64,000 bases of DNA from Phoronis australis (GCA_002633005.1 NMRA01000657.1:38342-102341); one strand, 5' to 3'. Shown: positions 49,200-63,668, counted from the stretch's first letter. Notes: generated from the sequence alone by a model not told the origin. Program-made: numbers and translations.

Positions 49200-51926
49200 A
49201 AATGTTATCCCGAAAGAAGGTCGACGCTGACGTGCGCAAGGTGGAACTCGAAATGATGAAATTGGAGTCTGATGAGCCACGGAAGCGGGAAGAAAGAGAG
49301 CACAAATTTTACATGACGCAGATGATCTCGAGAATCGTTCTCCAGCAACTATTTTCTTCTACCGTTTTTCGGGGGCAATGGGGTTCTTCTGCTCAACATA
49401 ACTTCCAAATCTGACGAAACTCCGTCGTAAGTTGCCGGGTAAGCAAAACTTGCAATTAAGGTGTTTCCTTCTATGAAGACGTACTGTGGTTGTCATCAAC
49501 GTTTTTTAGATTTTGGCATCAGTAATGAGGTAAATAAAAGCAAACAAATTTAGATTTTTAGTAAATTATTATTGTTTTGTTTCTTTGCTCTAAACTATGA
49601 AATAAAAGTTTCGTGTTTTTTATATCAGACAATTCCTTTCTATTCATTTATAATGTACTATACGTTGTTCAGTAGGAATGATGTTGTGTTGTAACATCCA
49701 AGCAGTGCTCACTTTGTCACAAAACGAGTCTCAAACATTTTGATTAATAAAGAGAATTGTTCGAAAAAAACACCTAGATCATTTGGCAACACCTGCGCAT
49801 TTGTCTGGACATGTGCGTCAATCATGTCATTCGAATTCTCTTCGCCGTCACACCCGTCACAAATTTGTTGGGGCTTTCTCACACAGATTATGCAGCACCA
49901 CACATGATGCAATCACGGTCTTTTTGGAGACAACGCCATATAACTTTAAGGCAACCAAATGTGTTTTCAATGGTTCATCGTCCTCTGCTCAGTCTCTTGT
50001 TAAAAAATTGGTGTTAACGAATCAGTTTACCACGGTTAGCATAGACTTGAACAACCCTGTCTTCAAAGGGTAAGCTTCATCACCCACAAGCACAACAGTT
50101 ATGGTGATTTCCTTATTACGACCAATGAACCTCTACGGCAAGTTGAGAAACAGGTCGTCATTTTCACCTTTTTGACAAATCTATGATTTACCAAAACTCT
50201 CGCGTCGTCGACACGTCCAGGTCAGTCTATGTTTATGTCAGTGACGATGCATATATTGTCACAAACAGCTTGTAAAACACCAAGGCCAAACCGCGATCGA
50301 GAACGCACGGAAGGCAATCGAGAACGAAATTTGGAGAGAAAAGCGAAGCCAGGCAAGGTGAGTGAATTTGATGAATTTTCGTTGTTTTCACTTCCAATGT
50401 GAAAACAGAATCATGAGTTCAAGGAGTAACACATTGAGGAAGGGCAGACAGAGGTTGAGGCTAGTGTCTCCTCCAATTATTGGAGAAAAGGTACGTTGAC
50501 CGAGGCATCGCATGAGCCGAAGGTGTTTTGCATGTCATTTCGGAAAATTTGCACTTATTTTGGCACTAAATCAAAAAATTGACCAAGACGTTATGAAGAA
50601 ATGACGTGTGAAATTATAATTTTGTAGAATTATCACACTCGGGGCTAACGCCCCTCGGGCGATAATTCTCCAAAATCCACTCGGGCTCTAGATAACGGGG
50701 GATAACGACTTCGCCATGTAATAATCTATGTATCTTGAACGACTATCCAGGCCAATGCAGAGAAAAAAATGTTCGTTCATGATCGCTTTTTTGCGCTCAC
50801 GAGCGCCATAGAGACTTACCGACTTCGTTCCCGATCGCCGTCTCACACAAGGAACTGCTTGCATTGGTAAATATCTGGAATTGTTTCACAAATCATAACT
50901 AACAAAGGTGTCGCCAGGGACAATTAAACTATAAACGTCACACGTCTCATGCAATTGCTAATAACAAGTAGAAATTGTCGATGTTACGAGGCACAAGGCA
51001 TGTTACCGAAAGCCATTGCTTTCTGAGCTCTTTATTTAAAAAAATAAGCAAAATCCAAGTATTAAATTCCAGATCCACAACATAGACTACACCCTGCCGC
51101 TTTTCTGTGTGTCGCATTCGTGTCAAAGTAGCCTATATTTAAGAAGAAAATGACACTTAAACTCACCGGGTACGTCACTGTCATCTGCCATTTTTGGTGC
51201 AAGGTCTCGTTCTCGGACGAGGGTTGGTCGGAGTGTTGTAAAATAACAGAAGAGACATTTTCCTGTTTAGCTAAATACGGTGAGGCACAGAAGACGCGAT
51301 AATCGGGACACAAGTTCCATTTACATGTACGCTTTCTCCGCTGTTCGGAAGTCACCAACAAAACTCAAACCCGTTAAAGACAGTTTTTTAATTTTCTTCT
51401 TGTTGAAAGGTGACATAACTTGTCAACAATAACTCACTAAGCATGGTACAAACTTCATGGATGCATTTATGTACAGTTGACCTGGCCACCCCAAATAATT
51501 TCCCTATTGTGCGTTAGTCCGCTCCATTCGTAAGCCAGTAAATAGTGATACCAGCTTGTGATTCATCATTAACGGGTCTCGCCCTTGTAACTTGCGAATC
51601 GTCTTCCTGGAGTTCGTTATGTAACAAATAAAATATATCCTTTGCCATACGGAAATGTTCAATCCACTGGTCAATTTGAAATGTTTCTTTTACCACGTTC
51701 GTTCTGCCACCAGGTTTGCGATCTCTTCCTTTTCCATAACCCCTTCTCATGTGAGAAACCAAAAATTAACCCAACCGACAAGTATTGTGGAAGTCTCCTT
51801 TCCTTGGCCAAAAGTAGTCTAGTCATGGTGACTGTCTTTTCGAAAATGAGCGCAGAACGCAGATAATTTACATATGCCTGCAAGTAAATTTAAAACGTAT
51901 CCAAATTGCTCCATGTAAACAGGCCT
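49200..51926 (-). mobile_element. Degenerate PIF/Harbinger transposon (DDE transposase on minus strand, convergent accessory ORF remnant on plus strand), interrupted by other repeats
   Basis: QWIEHFRMAKDIFYLL...ITIYWLTNGAD*RTIGKLFGVARSTV (51.7-51.45 kb) and VLVGDEAYPL...TIENTFGCLKVIWRCL (50.1-49.9 kb); terminus TGTAAACAGGCCT|TAA. Confidence 0.78.
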
Positions 51927-52021
51927 TAAACCACAATGTGACTGCGAAGACAACAAGGCCACTCGCATGTTTTTTTTCTTTGTCTACAGCATTTAGAGAA
52001 CAGTGCCACCGGTACATAGGC

Positions 52022-52177
52022 CTGGCGTGCGTTCAGTAACGCTAGGACCTACGCTAGGACCTAGCTAAAATCTAGCCAAAGTCCCATGTTCTCATTTAAA
52101 ATACATGGCAATATCTCACGTAATCTCGCGAAGTCTTGCTTTTTAGCGAGGTCCCAGCGTTACTGAAAGGGAGGCTG
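52022..52177. mobile_element. ~155-bp MITE
   Basis: Inverted repeats TTCAGTAACGCTAGGACCT / AGGTCCCAGCGTTACTGAA. Confidence 0.55.
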
Positions 52178-52493
52178 GTTATCATTGGCTACACATGTTG
52201 TCCTCGTCAGTTCCGCCGGAACAACAAGATTAGAGATCTACCTCGTTCTCGATGACAATGTCCGGCATATGGTCCAGTCAGAAGTCTTTCCTGATTGACA
52301 CGTCAATGGTCATAATCATAACGAGCGATGAAGTTATAAGGTCATGCTCCTCTGTATTGGAAGTGGACAAGTGCTTGACATTTGCAACACTATGAAACGG
52401 AAACTAATCTTTTTGACCCTATAGAGGGCACTGCTATGAAAGTATACCAGTTTCGTGATGCAACTCAAAAGCAACGAGCAAATATACATGTAG

Positions 52494-53958
52494 TTACTCT
52501 GCCCGTGTAAGCGCAGAGTACTGTTGTTCCTGGGTTTTCTTCAGTTTTATTATTATTCTTATTCTTCTTATTACTCTGTGCGTGTAAGCGCAGAGTACTG
52601 TTGTTCCTGGGTTTTCTTCAATTTTATTGTTTTTCTTATTCTTCTTATTCTTCTTATTACTCTGCGCGTGTAAGCGCAGGGTACTGTTGTTCCTGGGTTT
52701 TCTTCAATTTTATTACTCTGAGCGTTTAAGCGCAGACTCCTGTTGTTCCAGGGTTTTCTTCAATTTTATTGTTATTCTTCTTATTCTTCTTATTATTATT
52801 CTTCCGACCAACTTTGAGGCTTAATAACTCCAAATTGGGTGCAGGTACGGTCTTTAAATTCAGCATGTGACTTTCGAGAGTATATAAATTATGATTGTTT
52901 ATATAATCATATTCCATGTTGCACCGGAAGAGGTCCTTTGGTGCAAAGGTCATATAATTTTCAAAATGCTACTCCTCCTTCAGTTTTAAAGCTATCTTTT
53001 TCAAATTCAGTGCACTGGTATCAATCAGTATGACAATTTAAAAAATTACTTTTCTAAGTAATCGGGTCATCCAATCAGGTGAAATAGGTCAAAGGTCATT
53101 AGGCGCAAACTAAAATTTTGAGCTAGACATTTGAAATTGACAGGTCTGGTTGCCACAGGTAAATCAAGTCGGAATCCAAGGTTTCAGGGCATTTAGTGCA
53201 AACATGGGGTCATTAGGTTCATTTTTCTTCTGAAAATTTGACCTTTTCCATCAGCAAGTATTCTGATGTGTCAACCGTTAGACAACTGTGATTCTCAGCG
53301 TTAAACACATTTTCCATGGGCTTTGCAATAATTCTGCTAAAGATGCTTAAAATGCACCGGATAAGGCCAATTAGTGCAAAGGTCATGTAACGTTCAAAAT
53401 GTTATATGTCTTACGCTTTTTAAGAAATTCTTTTCAATTTCAGCACACTGGTGTAAGTCAACATGCCAATTGAATACCCAACTTTACTTTGCAATAGGCC
53501 TAACCAATCAGAAAAAATTGGTCAAAGGTCAATGAGTGCAAACTCAAATTTTGAGCTAGAGACTTCAAAATTACGTATCTGTTTACAAAATGCGATTGAG
53601 TTTGAATTCTAAATTTTCACGTCATTTGGTGCATTTTTCTTCTGAATGTTTGACCACTTCATTCATCTTGTATTCTGAAGTGCTTGCTTAAAGTAAAACA
53701 TCATTCTGTGATTATTAGCATTAACCACACTTTTAATCGAGTTAACAATTACTCCCTCATCGGGGCTCATAATGCACCGGAAGAGATCAATTAGTGGAAA
53801 GGTCATCAAAAAATTAATATGTAATTTCTCCTACAATTTTAAAGAATTCCTTTTCATATTGGTAAACGGGTTGCTGTCAGAAACTTCCCATAATAATTCC
53901 AGTAATACGCACACGCAGAGTCCGTTATTGTCACGCCGTGGCAATAATCTTTCTAGTT
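52494..53958 (+). mobile_element. Helentron/DINE-1-like non-autonomous element with quadruplicated 5' end and ~425-bp central tandem repeats
   Basis: 5' hairpin ACTCTGCGC-GTGTAA-GCGCAGAGT plus TTC/TTA microsatellite, repeated 4 times; central repeats start TGCACCGGA at 52920, 53353 and 53773; 3' end GCAGAGT + hairpin TTATTGTCACG-C-CGTGGCAATAA + TTTCTAGTT. Confidence 0.65.
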
Positions 53959-54149
53959 ACCAACTTGTTACGCAGCTACGATCACTTGCAAAGCATAAAA
54001 ATGTACACAATTAGAGAACGAGCTCGGTGTCTAGAATGAGATGTCGGATGTAAAACTGCAATGAAGGAGTCGTGCGTTATAGTCTGTTGATGAAAGTGAG
54101 TACACAAGTGTCACCTGCTGGGTTTCGGGCACCTAAGTTAGTGCACCTG

Positions 54150-54588
54150 TGCCCGGTTGCATGAAACAGTCCCAAATAGGGACTCAGCTAAGTTCCCTAA
54201 ATCTGCATGTACTTCTTATTTGCGGGCTTGTGAAAACACTTATTGTCCTATCTTATGCTGTGTGAATATCGTTACTATGCTAATGTTTGCCTTTGATACA
54301 AATCGAGAGTGAAGTCAACATTGAATCCTCAATATTATTGAAAATAAGTAGGTATCTTTTCATGTAACGCCCTCAAATTAAGGACTAAGTAACTAATTAT
54401 TTTGATTGAATTAAGGGCTCAGTTTTAGTTATATGATTAGAAAATGCCATAAGTCACAGAAGAGCTCATTATCAAGATAAAATTATAGAAAAAATATTAC
54501 ACTTGTACACGAAGAACGAAACAAATACGAAAGAGATTTAGGGAACGTAGTTGAGACCCTTTTTGGGACTTCTTCATGCAACCGGCCA
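54150..54588. mobile_element. Harbinger-type MITE
   Basis: TIRs TGCCCGGTTGCATGAAACAGTCCCAAA / TTTGGGACTTCTTCATGCAACCGGCCA flanked by CTG/CAG. Confidence 0.75.
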
Positions 54589-55201
54589 CAGACGACTTCC
54601 GAATTTTTGAGAAGTAAATCTTGTTTTGCTGCCGCTCAGTTTATTTCAAACAGCAAATGATTCCTTCCCGAGCATGCACAGCCCTTGGCTTACAATTCCA
54701 CGAGTTAATGCAAGTATGGAAGAACAATAACAATAACACTTGTAGAAACATAGTTCGAAGTATTTAATTTTAGCTGCGCCTGACCGATTAAAGTCAGTCC
54801 TTGTGTTATATTGAAACACAGACAGAGGTTCAACTTTCATGTTGTCAAACAGTCATTGTTTTAATTTCGCGTGGGTGCCATCTACAGTTACTGACACAAT
54901 CAGGCGCTTCAACTGCAAACCCCACACGATCTTGCGCAGTTGGCTCTCATGTATCCTGGGTTTCTAATACATTCGCCAATCCTCGTCCAGTATGAGCAAT
55001 GTTGTCCTAGGTCCCGGCAAACTCCTGAAATAGAATACAAGCCCATCACAATGATCGTCCCAACTGAAGGTGCTTAAAGTTGATACCTATTTTACATACA
55101 TTGGTGTAAAATGATTTTAAAATGGCTATGAATCCGCCTTTCATCAAAATAAAAAATTGTGATCAAGACCACTTCCTATTATTAAAGTGGCATATTAGTC
55201 T

Positions 55202-55504
55202 TTATACCACAATGTTAGCCTCGAATGGCAGATACACCCGTGTAATAACCCATGAACTTATCTCACTAGTGAGATAACATTTTGGCGGGAAACCGAGGCC
55301 GAATTCGACCCCCGGCCTCAAGAGTTTCGAGTCGCCGACTTTACCACTACACCACTCAGCGGCTGACGTCATCGAACGTGAAAATAGAATACTTAAATGA
55401 ACACGCGCAACAATCGCATGTTCAGCAAAGGGCATTGCACCGACATTTATACGCTATGAAAAATAAGACGCATAATTTCCATAAAAACGATACTTTAATT
55501 CAGT
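55202..55504 (-). repeat. tRNA-containing interspersed repeat, copy 2 (B box degraded)
   Basis: Colinear and highly similar to 33156-33458. Confidence 0.7.
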
Positions 55505-58500
55505 GAAAATTTTCTCTCGTGTTCTCTTACTTGTAAATCACTGATCTCCAATTTTAATGCCGGTATCGTGTAGTAGGGATCCTTTGACTTGAGCACTATA
55601 GTCAGTTACTAGTGGTAACCTACTTTAGTAGACGATATTTTCCCTGTCGAAGTTTAGCGAGATAAAATGTGTAGGTGTAGTAAGCTATAATAGTTGCTAA
55701 ACCTTAATATATAGATTCATTTTATTTCTGTGTTGTTTTATTTTTCAATTGGTTTTGAGTAAAAGCATTATTTGATAAAAATAGCTCTTTTTTAAAAGGT
55801 CACGCCCTACGACCCCGGGCCTCTGACATAGAAAGTAGTTACAAAGCCAAGGCGAGTCGAGAAAGGTAGATCGATTCATTGCAATGTTTCTCGATCAGTA
55901 TGTGGTATAAATAGATTACATGTTCTCAGTCGTTATCCCCCTTGTCTAGAGCCATCGAGGATTTTGTAGAGCTATCACCCTCGGGGCTAACTGAAACAGA
56001 AGTCAAACTCTTCACCAGATACTTTTACGGTTTCATTGTAAGGATTTTGAATTTTTGTTGTAATTTTTTTAGTTTCAAATTTCAAATAACCATCTACCAA
56101 TTGCTTGTTACATCGTTGGCTTTCCAACCACAAGGCAAAGCAGGTCTCGCTTTTTGGTTTTGCAAGACATAGACGAAACTCACTTGCCTTGTATGGAAAA
56201 TTTGACCATGGACCTTGTGTTTATTGGGCAATTCTTTGAGCTCTTGCACTCATATATATTTTTAGGGGTGGACATTTTGAAAACTGTAGTGTGATGAAAA
56301 ACCTTATACTTCGTCTGTGCTTAAAAAATAGTGAAATTTCTGCAATATTCAAAATGAATAACTCTCATGTTAGCAACCCCAAGAAATGAATTCGCTGCGA
56401 TCTGTTTAAAATGTATTTTTACTAGTTTTTTTGTTCCATGCCTCTGTAAATGGAGTGCAAATTTTAGGACCTGGCCGTTATTGCTTGAAACCAAACTCGA
56501 CCCGTTGGTTTGGTACGGTGTGTGATATGCACCACGCCTGCTTCCAATAGATAACTGTCAATTCTCTGAAAACTCAAAATGACCAATCAGGTTGTGAGCA
56601 ATATTATACTCGTAGAAACTAGTTTACATTAAACGTTTGCTTCTTGGACAGAGCTTGGCTTTATAGCCGCTCTTAGGAGCGGTGCGCAACAGATCTCTGT
56701 TCAGGCCACAAATAGCCCTAGGTGATTTAACTTCAGCCAAAACCAGGTCTAGTAAGTTTTCCCTTGTCAAACAGCAATGACTTTTGGTCAGTTGGCAAAT
56801 AACATGCCAATGATCAATTCTTGTTAGAAGCAAAACAACACAACACCATTACCTAAATCTGTCACTAATCACTGGGGGTTGCCTAGCTTAAAATTGTGAA
56901 TTGAAAATTATCATCCTTTCAAGTAAGGGTTATTCACTTTAAGATTATGTGTGACCTTATTGACAAGTCTGTACATTTAGCAAAGTATTTACTCAACGAA
57001 TTTAACTCAGCAAGTGTATAAATATTTTGAAAGTAGACATTGCGCAGACTTTGATTTTTGACTTTTTACCAACGCCTCACTAGTAAGGTCACGTGATCGT
57101 GCTTTGAGGAAAATTGAGGCAAAAGAAAAAAAATCATCCATAGCAAAGCAACAGACACGATAACATGATTAAATTTCGTATGATAGGTGTGCAGATCTCA
57201 AAAAAATACAGTTATCGTTCTGTTTTAGTTTCATGGAACTTAAAAAAGTTTCATGAAAAGTATTCGTGTCCCATTTCTGATAGCCTCTCGTGCAAAAGTG
57301 GAATACTTTAAAACATTTCCTTACGTCAGTTAGAAAACAGTATACAAAGCATAGTATCTGAACGTTTCGTGTGAATGTGATCAGTCATTTATTAGAAAAG
57401 ACGTTCCAAAATTCGCCAAAATTGGATATTTTTCTAGGGTTTTACTTTACCATACGCTTGACTTCTGAAAATGATGTAGCTAAGTAAGTCATTTTAGGTC
57501 ATCATTTAAGCACCACTGTCAATTGTTAATGTGCTGTTAATCGGTTTACACTAACCACTGAAAAGCAAGGTATCATAAATGGAGAAACTTCCTGTTTGTC
57601 TGCTTCCACTTGCGACAAGCGAAATCACCGGCGAGAGAAGTAATTTTCTGAGAACAGTCGTAACGCGGAACTGGAGCAGAATCGTCGGCGCCGCAGTCCA
57701 ACGTTAAACCCCTCGTGCTATTCGGCAAAGTGTGTTTAGTTGTGCAATTGGTAACTTCACCGAATTAACTTCAGCGAATGACAGGCAGACTACGGCGAGA
57801 CTTTGCTCGTTTACTCGCATAGTTGTGGTTACTCAGTAACTTGAAAAATTGATGTCTATTCCAACCAGCAATGATGTCCAGGATGCATTTTAACTCCTCT
57901 TGCAGATAACGTCCCTTTCAATCGGTTACTGTTTAAACTAGAAAGTTTAATTACACAAGAATTCTGTCAGAAATGTTACCGTTTTAGTTCAACTCAATAC
58001 ACGTGCCCTTTGTTTAACTTTCACGAGTGGCCGATGAAGTGGCCACTGCACCTCCTGAAGAGTGTCTCTCGCTTTCAAATAACACGATTAAGCGCGATTC
58101 ACAATCGTGATTTGTCAGGTAACTTGTGTTTTTTGTTCCATTTCGTTCTCATGATACACGTAAACGTCCAAGTAGTCACCTGCTACAAAGCCAAGCATTT
58201 GCTGACGATACCTCATGCAATGTTTGAAAAAGCTTGGGCTTCCAAAGATTAAAATTGGTTGAGGAAAATCACATAGTTTCTGCAGATACAAATAGAAGTT
58301 TACAATTTATAGCTGTCTGGAAGAAGGAACTTGAAGACAAAACAATACCGCAAAGTCGCGGCCGGCGGCCTAAACGCGAATTTATCAGCCAGCGGGCAGG
58401 GAGGGCTAAAATGAATGGCAATTGGGGTAGGCAGTTTCCAATTAATAGTGGTTAAAACAAAAAGATGAGATGTGTTTATTTCGGTTCAGGTCCATTTTGT

Positions 58501-58859
58501 TGAGAACAGTGGGGCCATGGCCCTGTTGTGCCTCTCCTCCCATCCATGGCTACGTCAATGAGGCAACGGCAAAATATGCATTTTGTAACGATCCGAATAC
58601 CTGTATATGCCCATGACTCTTTTTTAGACTTTATATGACACAGTGTAACGCAAGTCACTACTTTTCTCCTTCAATCTCTTCATAGATTATAGACAACAGA
58701 TTCGCAACTTATTTATCTAGTAATTTCATTTGGATGAAAATGTGCCACGGAACCAAATTACTGGTCCAAGGTACGTTTGATGATAAATTAACGTTCTCAA
58801 GTGAGCAGTTCTTTTGAAATGTGTTAAGCAGCCCTTAAAAGAGCCGCTGGTTGTACTGT

Positions 58860-61545
58860 GCGATACTTAGCTCCATAATGTGAAGAAAAAAGTCAAATCA
58901 ATCGTAAGTGTAATTGCCCGTTTGCCAATAAGGTTTTTGGCGCTGCCGCCCCGATCTCCCCTGTGCCTCTGGATGATCAGAGAAGACTGGGTGCCACGTG
59001 AATTTGCTGAACCATTGTTGAGCTGGATTGCAGGACAATGGCAACGACGTAACGGAAGACGGTTGGAGCTCGTCGTCGTCATCGTGGTCAAAAGGGGCAG
59101 TGACAGATGATGGAGATGGAATGTCAGTAACCTCTGACGGAACACGGTAACACTTGCTGCATTTGACACGGTAAGAAGCATTACATAACTCATCTTCAGC
59201 TCCAAAAAATTTCCGAACATTCAACCACACGCTATCGAAAGCGACTACGAGGTATCGTAGATGGGCTTAGGATTTGCCCCGGTGTGAGTAGAGGTGATTG
59301 ACGTCGGCGATGGATGCCTCGCATTCAGCTGCCTGGTTGGCCAAAAGAGGCTTGTTTGTGTCACGCATTGTGCTCGTGGTTAATGGAGCGACGTTGTCGT
59401 TGGGAAGAGATTATCAAGTTGACAAGAACTGGTATTTGACAATTGGTGAACTGGTCGCGCTCAAACCACATCTCTCTGGTTGAGAAGCTAGTGGATCGAA
59501 GACAGCTGTTCAATCGAGCAATCGAGTAAGGAAAGTGGTACTGCCGGTACCGTGCTGTTCATGAAGCAACTCGTGTGACAAGTGCATGGGCTTCTCTGCA
59601 ATAGGGTTATGTTAAGATTCTTGAAGCGTCCGATCTCACTTGAAATGCGATGGTGATAAAGGAGTTTACCCTTTCGGAAGGCCTGGAGACATTAAGTTGA
59701 ACCTGTACGGATAATCTCTTGAGGGCCATACAAAGAGAGCAGTTCGAGGCACTTTTGGAGACGACAGTTTGAAGATCCTCTTGGCGTTCAGTAATAACGA
59801 AACAAGCCTCTGAGTAAGAAGAGACGCACACTCGGAGTACCAAAACGAGTTTTTGGTGGTACTCTGCAGGTTCGTGATTTGTAGAAAGAGCACATTGAAC
59901 AAGAGTTATGGGTCATGCGCCTGCAACGGTCAATGGCAGTGTCTAAATCGACTGCAAAGATGTATCGCTGGGTGACGAGTCTCAGTTGATGGGAGTTGGG
60001 TGATCCAATCGTACATGTAAGTGAAGTGCCGTCAGTTAGCTGTCCAAGATGGGACGTGAAACGTTGAGGAATTCTTCACCACCTACGAGAGGCTTGTCTT
60101 GGCGAACCATAACCGAAAGTGGCGACGTTGAGATAGCATTAAACGACCCGAGCTTTGGTTGCTTTCTTTGAGGACTGCGTCCCTCTGGTAAGATGAGAGT
60201 GTACTCGTTGTAATTCGGGAGACTCGTACTGAATGGATACCCAAGAAAACCGAGTGGGAAAGGGAAATCTGTGTTCTCCCTGAAGAAGCTCGGCAGCAGT
60301 CGCACGGAGCACCTTACAGTCTCGCAGAGCGTTCACGAAAAGGCACACTTGGCAAAACTCGTCGGTGCACTCTGGTCTGTGGCGACGCGCGAAGTCAGAG
60401 ACGATGTTATTGGCACCTGGGCCCAGTCTCCAATCTTTTTACTCGAAATGGAACTCGAAAGTAGGTTTGGCATTTTCTACTCTACTTTTGGGCGAACTAA
60501 AGATATGTGTCTATTATTGTATGCTCGAGTACACAATAACTTACGTAGTTAATTTATTGTCCTTAGTTCACAGTTTGTGAACCCAATATTAAAGCAATAA
60601 GTTCGAGTTTGAACTCGAAATTTCGAGTTTTTACTCGAGTTTGTAGCACGAATATAAGGGTCTTCAAGGGCAAACTTGAACTAGAAACTCCTATGCATAA
60701 ACTATTATGTATTCGGGCACAGTCTGATAACCAATTATCTTAAGTTCGCACAAAAGGAGCAGAGAAATTGCCAAAAATAGTTTCGAGTTCATTTCGAGTT
60801 CAAAGATTAAAGACCGGGCCCAGATACGTGACAATAGCGAGACACAGTGACAGAAACGTCAACAAACGAAGACTGACCAATAATTTTCTTGTCCAGAGCT
60901 TGATGTGTGTGTAAGTATGATAGCAGGATGTACTCACTGAATCAGATAGGGTCTAAAACTTTTGAAGGAGGCAGCTATGGCGAGAGCTTTAATTTCGCAT
61001 GGGAGCCAGGTAACCTGTCATGATTTCAGTTTTGTACTAAAGAAACAGCAGCCACGTAGCTTGTTTTCAAGAGGGAGACATAGCGTGCCTGCGATGAATT
61101 GGTTGTTTGGCGGAATGATCGGTAACGAACCATTACTTTTCGTCCAGTCGGGGTAAAGTGACAGTTTTGTGTGTGGAGAGTGCCTTTTGGGCCAAGGCGA
61201 AGGCAACCTGTAACTCTTCAGCCCAGACTTAGCTGTTACGGCTCCGATGAAGGATCTACTAGGTTTGGGAAAAGACGAGAAAGCAGCTATGTGATGCAAC
61301 CTAGCTTACAAAGTACCCATATCCCAAATCCAACAGGGGACATCTTTGCGTTGTGGGACAATGGCTGTTTTCGTAGGAGATAGACGGAGATTGGCTTTCA
61401 GCAATGCAGGCAGCACATTTTTCCAGTTGTCAATGAAGTTGGTGATAGTCTGACCACCAAGGTAGAGATTGTCGGCAAGCTTGCTGGCGGCGCCTTCTTC
61501 CAAAAGCTCGCCCAATACACGACACCTCAAAGTTTCCACATGGTT
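58860..61545 (-). mobile_element. Degenerate Ty3/Gypsy pol (RT, RNase H, integrase order)
   Basis: RVLGELLEEGAASKLADNLYLGG...LRLSPTKT (RT); CFFSTKLK, LPCEIKALAIAAS and HVSGANNIVSDFAS (RNase H); NPIAEK (integrase); many stops and frameshifts. Confidence 0.8.
60420..60820. mobile_element. Harbinger-type MITE inserted in the Gypsy RNase H
   Basis: ~40-bp TIRs starting GGCCC(A/G)GTCT, CTG/CAG flanks; removing the MITE plus one triplet restores the frame HVSGANN. Confidence 0.85.
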
Positions 61546-61625
61546 TCCGAACTTCTCTTTGCATAACTGGTATAACTTCATATTTTTCGTAATAGATTTT
61601 TGACTTTTACTTTAGTTGATATTAA

Positions 61626-61761
61626 ATGGGCGGCGCAGCATTTAGTGGTGAGCTATATTCCCTCAGCCCCCTGTCAGGTGCGCCGCCTACGCCCCCGGAC
61701 GGTGCACCACTGAATTAAGGGAGGTGATAGCCTCTCAGCCCCCTATAGTGCGCCGCCCATG
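61626..61761. mobile_element. ~135-bp GC-rich MITE
   Basis: TIR ATGGGCGGCGCA/TGCGCCGCCCAT, TATTAA on both flanks. Confidence 0.55.
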
Positions 61762-63668
61762 TATTAAGAATCGATTTTGGCTCATAGTGTTTGTTTTCTG
61801 ATCGTGTTTTTGCTGAATGTAAACGACAAATCACACGGTCTGTCTAGAAATGCAATGAATTACCCGTTGCTAAAATAGAAGTCATTGGCTATTATGGTAG
61901 AAAATGCCTGGGTTTTGAGGTTTCGGCTAATTCAAACGTGTACCCTGTTTTAAATGGTGATGAATAGAGATATATCATAACTTGTGTGACAATAACTTGT
62001 ATAATGACGAAAAACTTATAGTACTAACGCTCATTCTCTAAAATTAAAGAGTTTAAATATTTTCAATGAAATTTCCAAAGAACTGGGAGTGAAAATTTGA
62101 AAAAAGGGGTCAACGACCCACAGTTTATCTATAGTGCAGACTACTTTCTCCAACTGTGGTATTCATGCATAAAGTGCATGCATTTAACATTAACTACGTT
62201 CACTCAACTCCTATGCTGGAAGACCGTAGATTTGATCGCTTGTACAGGAAGCAGTTATTGATTTGACCACGGTGATAATACACGTGCACCTTTTGCATTT
62301 TGGTCTCAAATTTTGTTTCTTCACCATATTTCCGGATAGCATTCAACAGTGGCTGTAGTACAATGACAAAATAGAATTTGTGAACTACTTTAGTAAGTCC
62401 CATAGTGTCGCATTATAACGGGGAAATCAGAAACGTATTTCACTTTCTTATGAAACGCGAGTAGTAGCTCAGTGAAACATAAGAATATGAAACACAGAAT
62501 TCCTTCTTTCAAACCCAAAAAGTAAAAGAAATACATGTACGTTAAAAAATACGTTATAGGCTTTGCTGTACTACTAAATGTCAAATGAACCAAAGTTCAA
62601 TTTGGAGAAGCAAAATGACGCCCATTAGCGGAGTGCGTGTTTAACAGAAACTACGAAGTAAATAGCCTATGCAAATTATCACAACAGCCTAAAAATACAA
62701 AATTAGTTTTTACATTAACACATCGCGCCTTACCAAGGTTATGTAGCACCTTCTCGTCATGCCTGTATATTTAGCCAAATACATATACAACTTAGCCCAG
62801 CAAAAGTATATTTTTGGAAAGTAGTAATTCCGTAGAATTTGATTTTTGATTTCATACCAGTCCGCAACTAAATAGGTTGCTTGACATTAACTTATAGGAA
62901 AATTTAGCAAATTAATAAGGTACATTCTGTTAATCAAACAAAACAACGGCGTCAATAGCATGCGCAAATTTCGTGTAGTATAATTGTTTAAGATAAAATG
63001 TCAAAAACGCTGTTACAATTTTCTAAAATATCGTTTCGTTTTCTTTTTATGCAACTTTAAAACGTTTTCAAAAAAATCTGAAGCACTATTTGGATTAGCC
63101 CTCATGCAAAAGTCGAACATTTTAAGAAAAATTCCTAACAGCGTGTTCGAGAACAGTGTATCGGAATTTGAAAGTTCGATGCAAATTCAATACATTTTTG
63201 AATTTGGAAAAAAATGGAACTCTTATTAGGTTCTACATAACTTTTACAGCACAAAATGCAAAACTTAGATTATAAAAAATTGCGAAAAGTTTCCGGTTTC
63301 CTAGCAGAAAACTAACCTGAAATTGTGCAAATAGTAATGTTAGGTTCGCGACGGCGGTTACATGTATGTGGCTTGTCCCTTTGAAACAACTATCATCCCG
63401 TACTTTGTTCTGTGTATGAGTGCATTTTGGGCACGTGCCATGAAGTTGGGGACGTGAAATGGGAAAAAATCCATTGGCATTCACTAAAAGTGCCATTTCG
63501 GAAAGTCGAAATTATGTCTCTAAACTCATTCCTGGAATAAGGTCCATTTATGAATTTCTTGTCATTACACAGAATTTCAAAACCTATCTAAAGTATCGCA
63601 TGGCCTTATTTTATAAAAGCAAGTAATCTCTTGATACAACCTTGCAGTTGCTTAATTTCTGTTTATAG

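Noticed and set aside
62200-62593. Possible small minus-strand exons (PLLNAIRKYGEETKFETKMQK)
   Set aside because: Weak donor, no recognisable homology and no consistent gene model.
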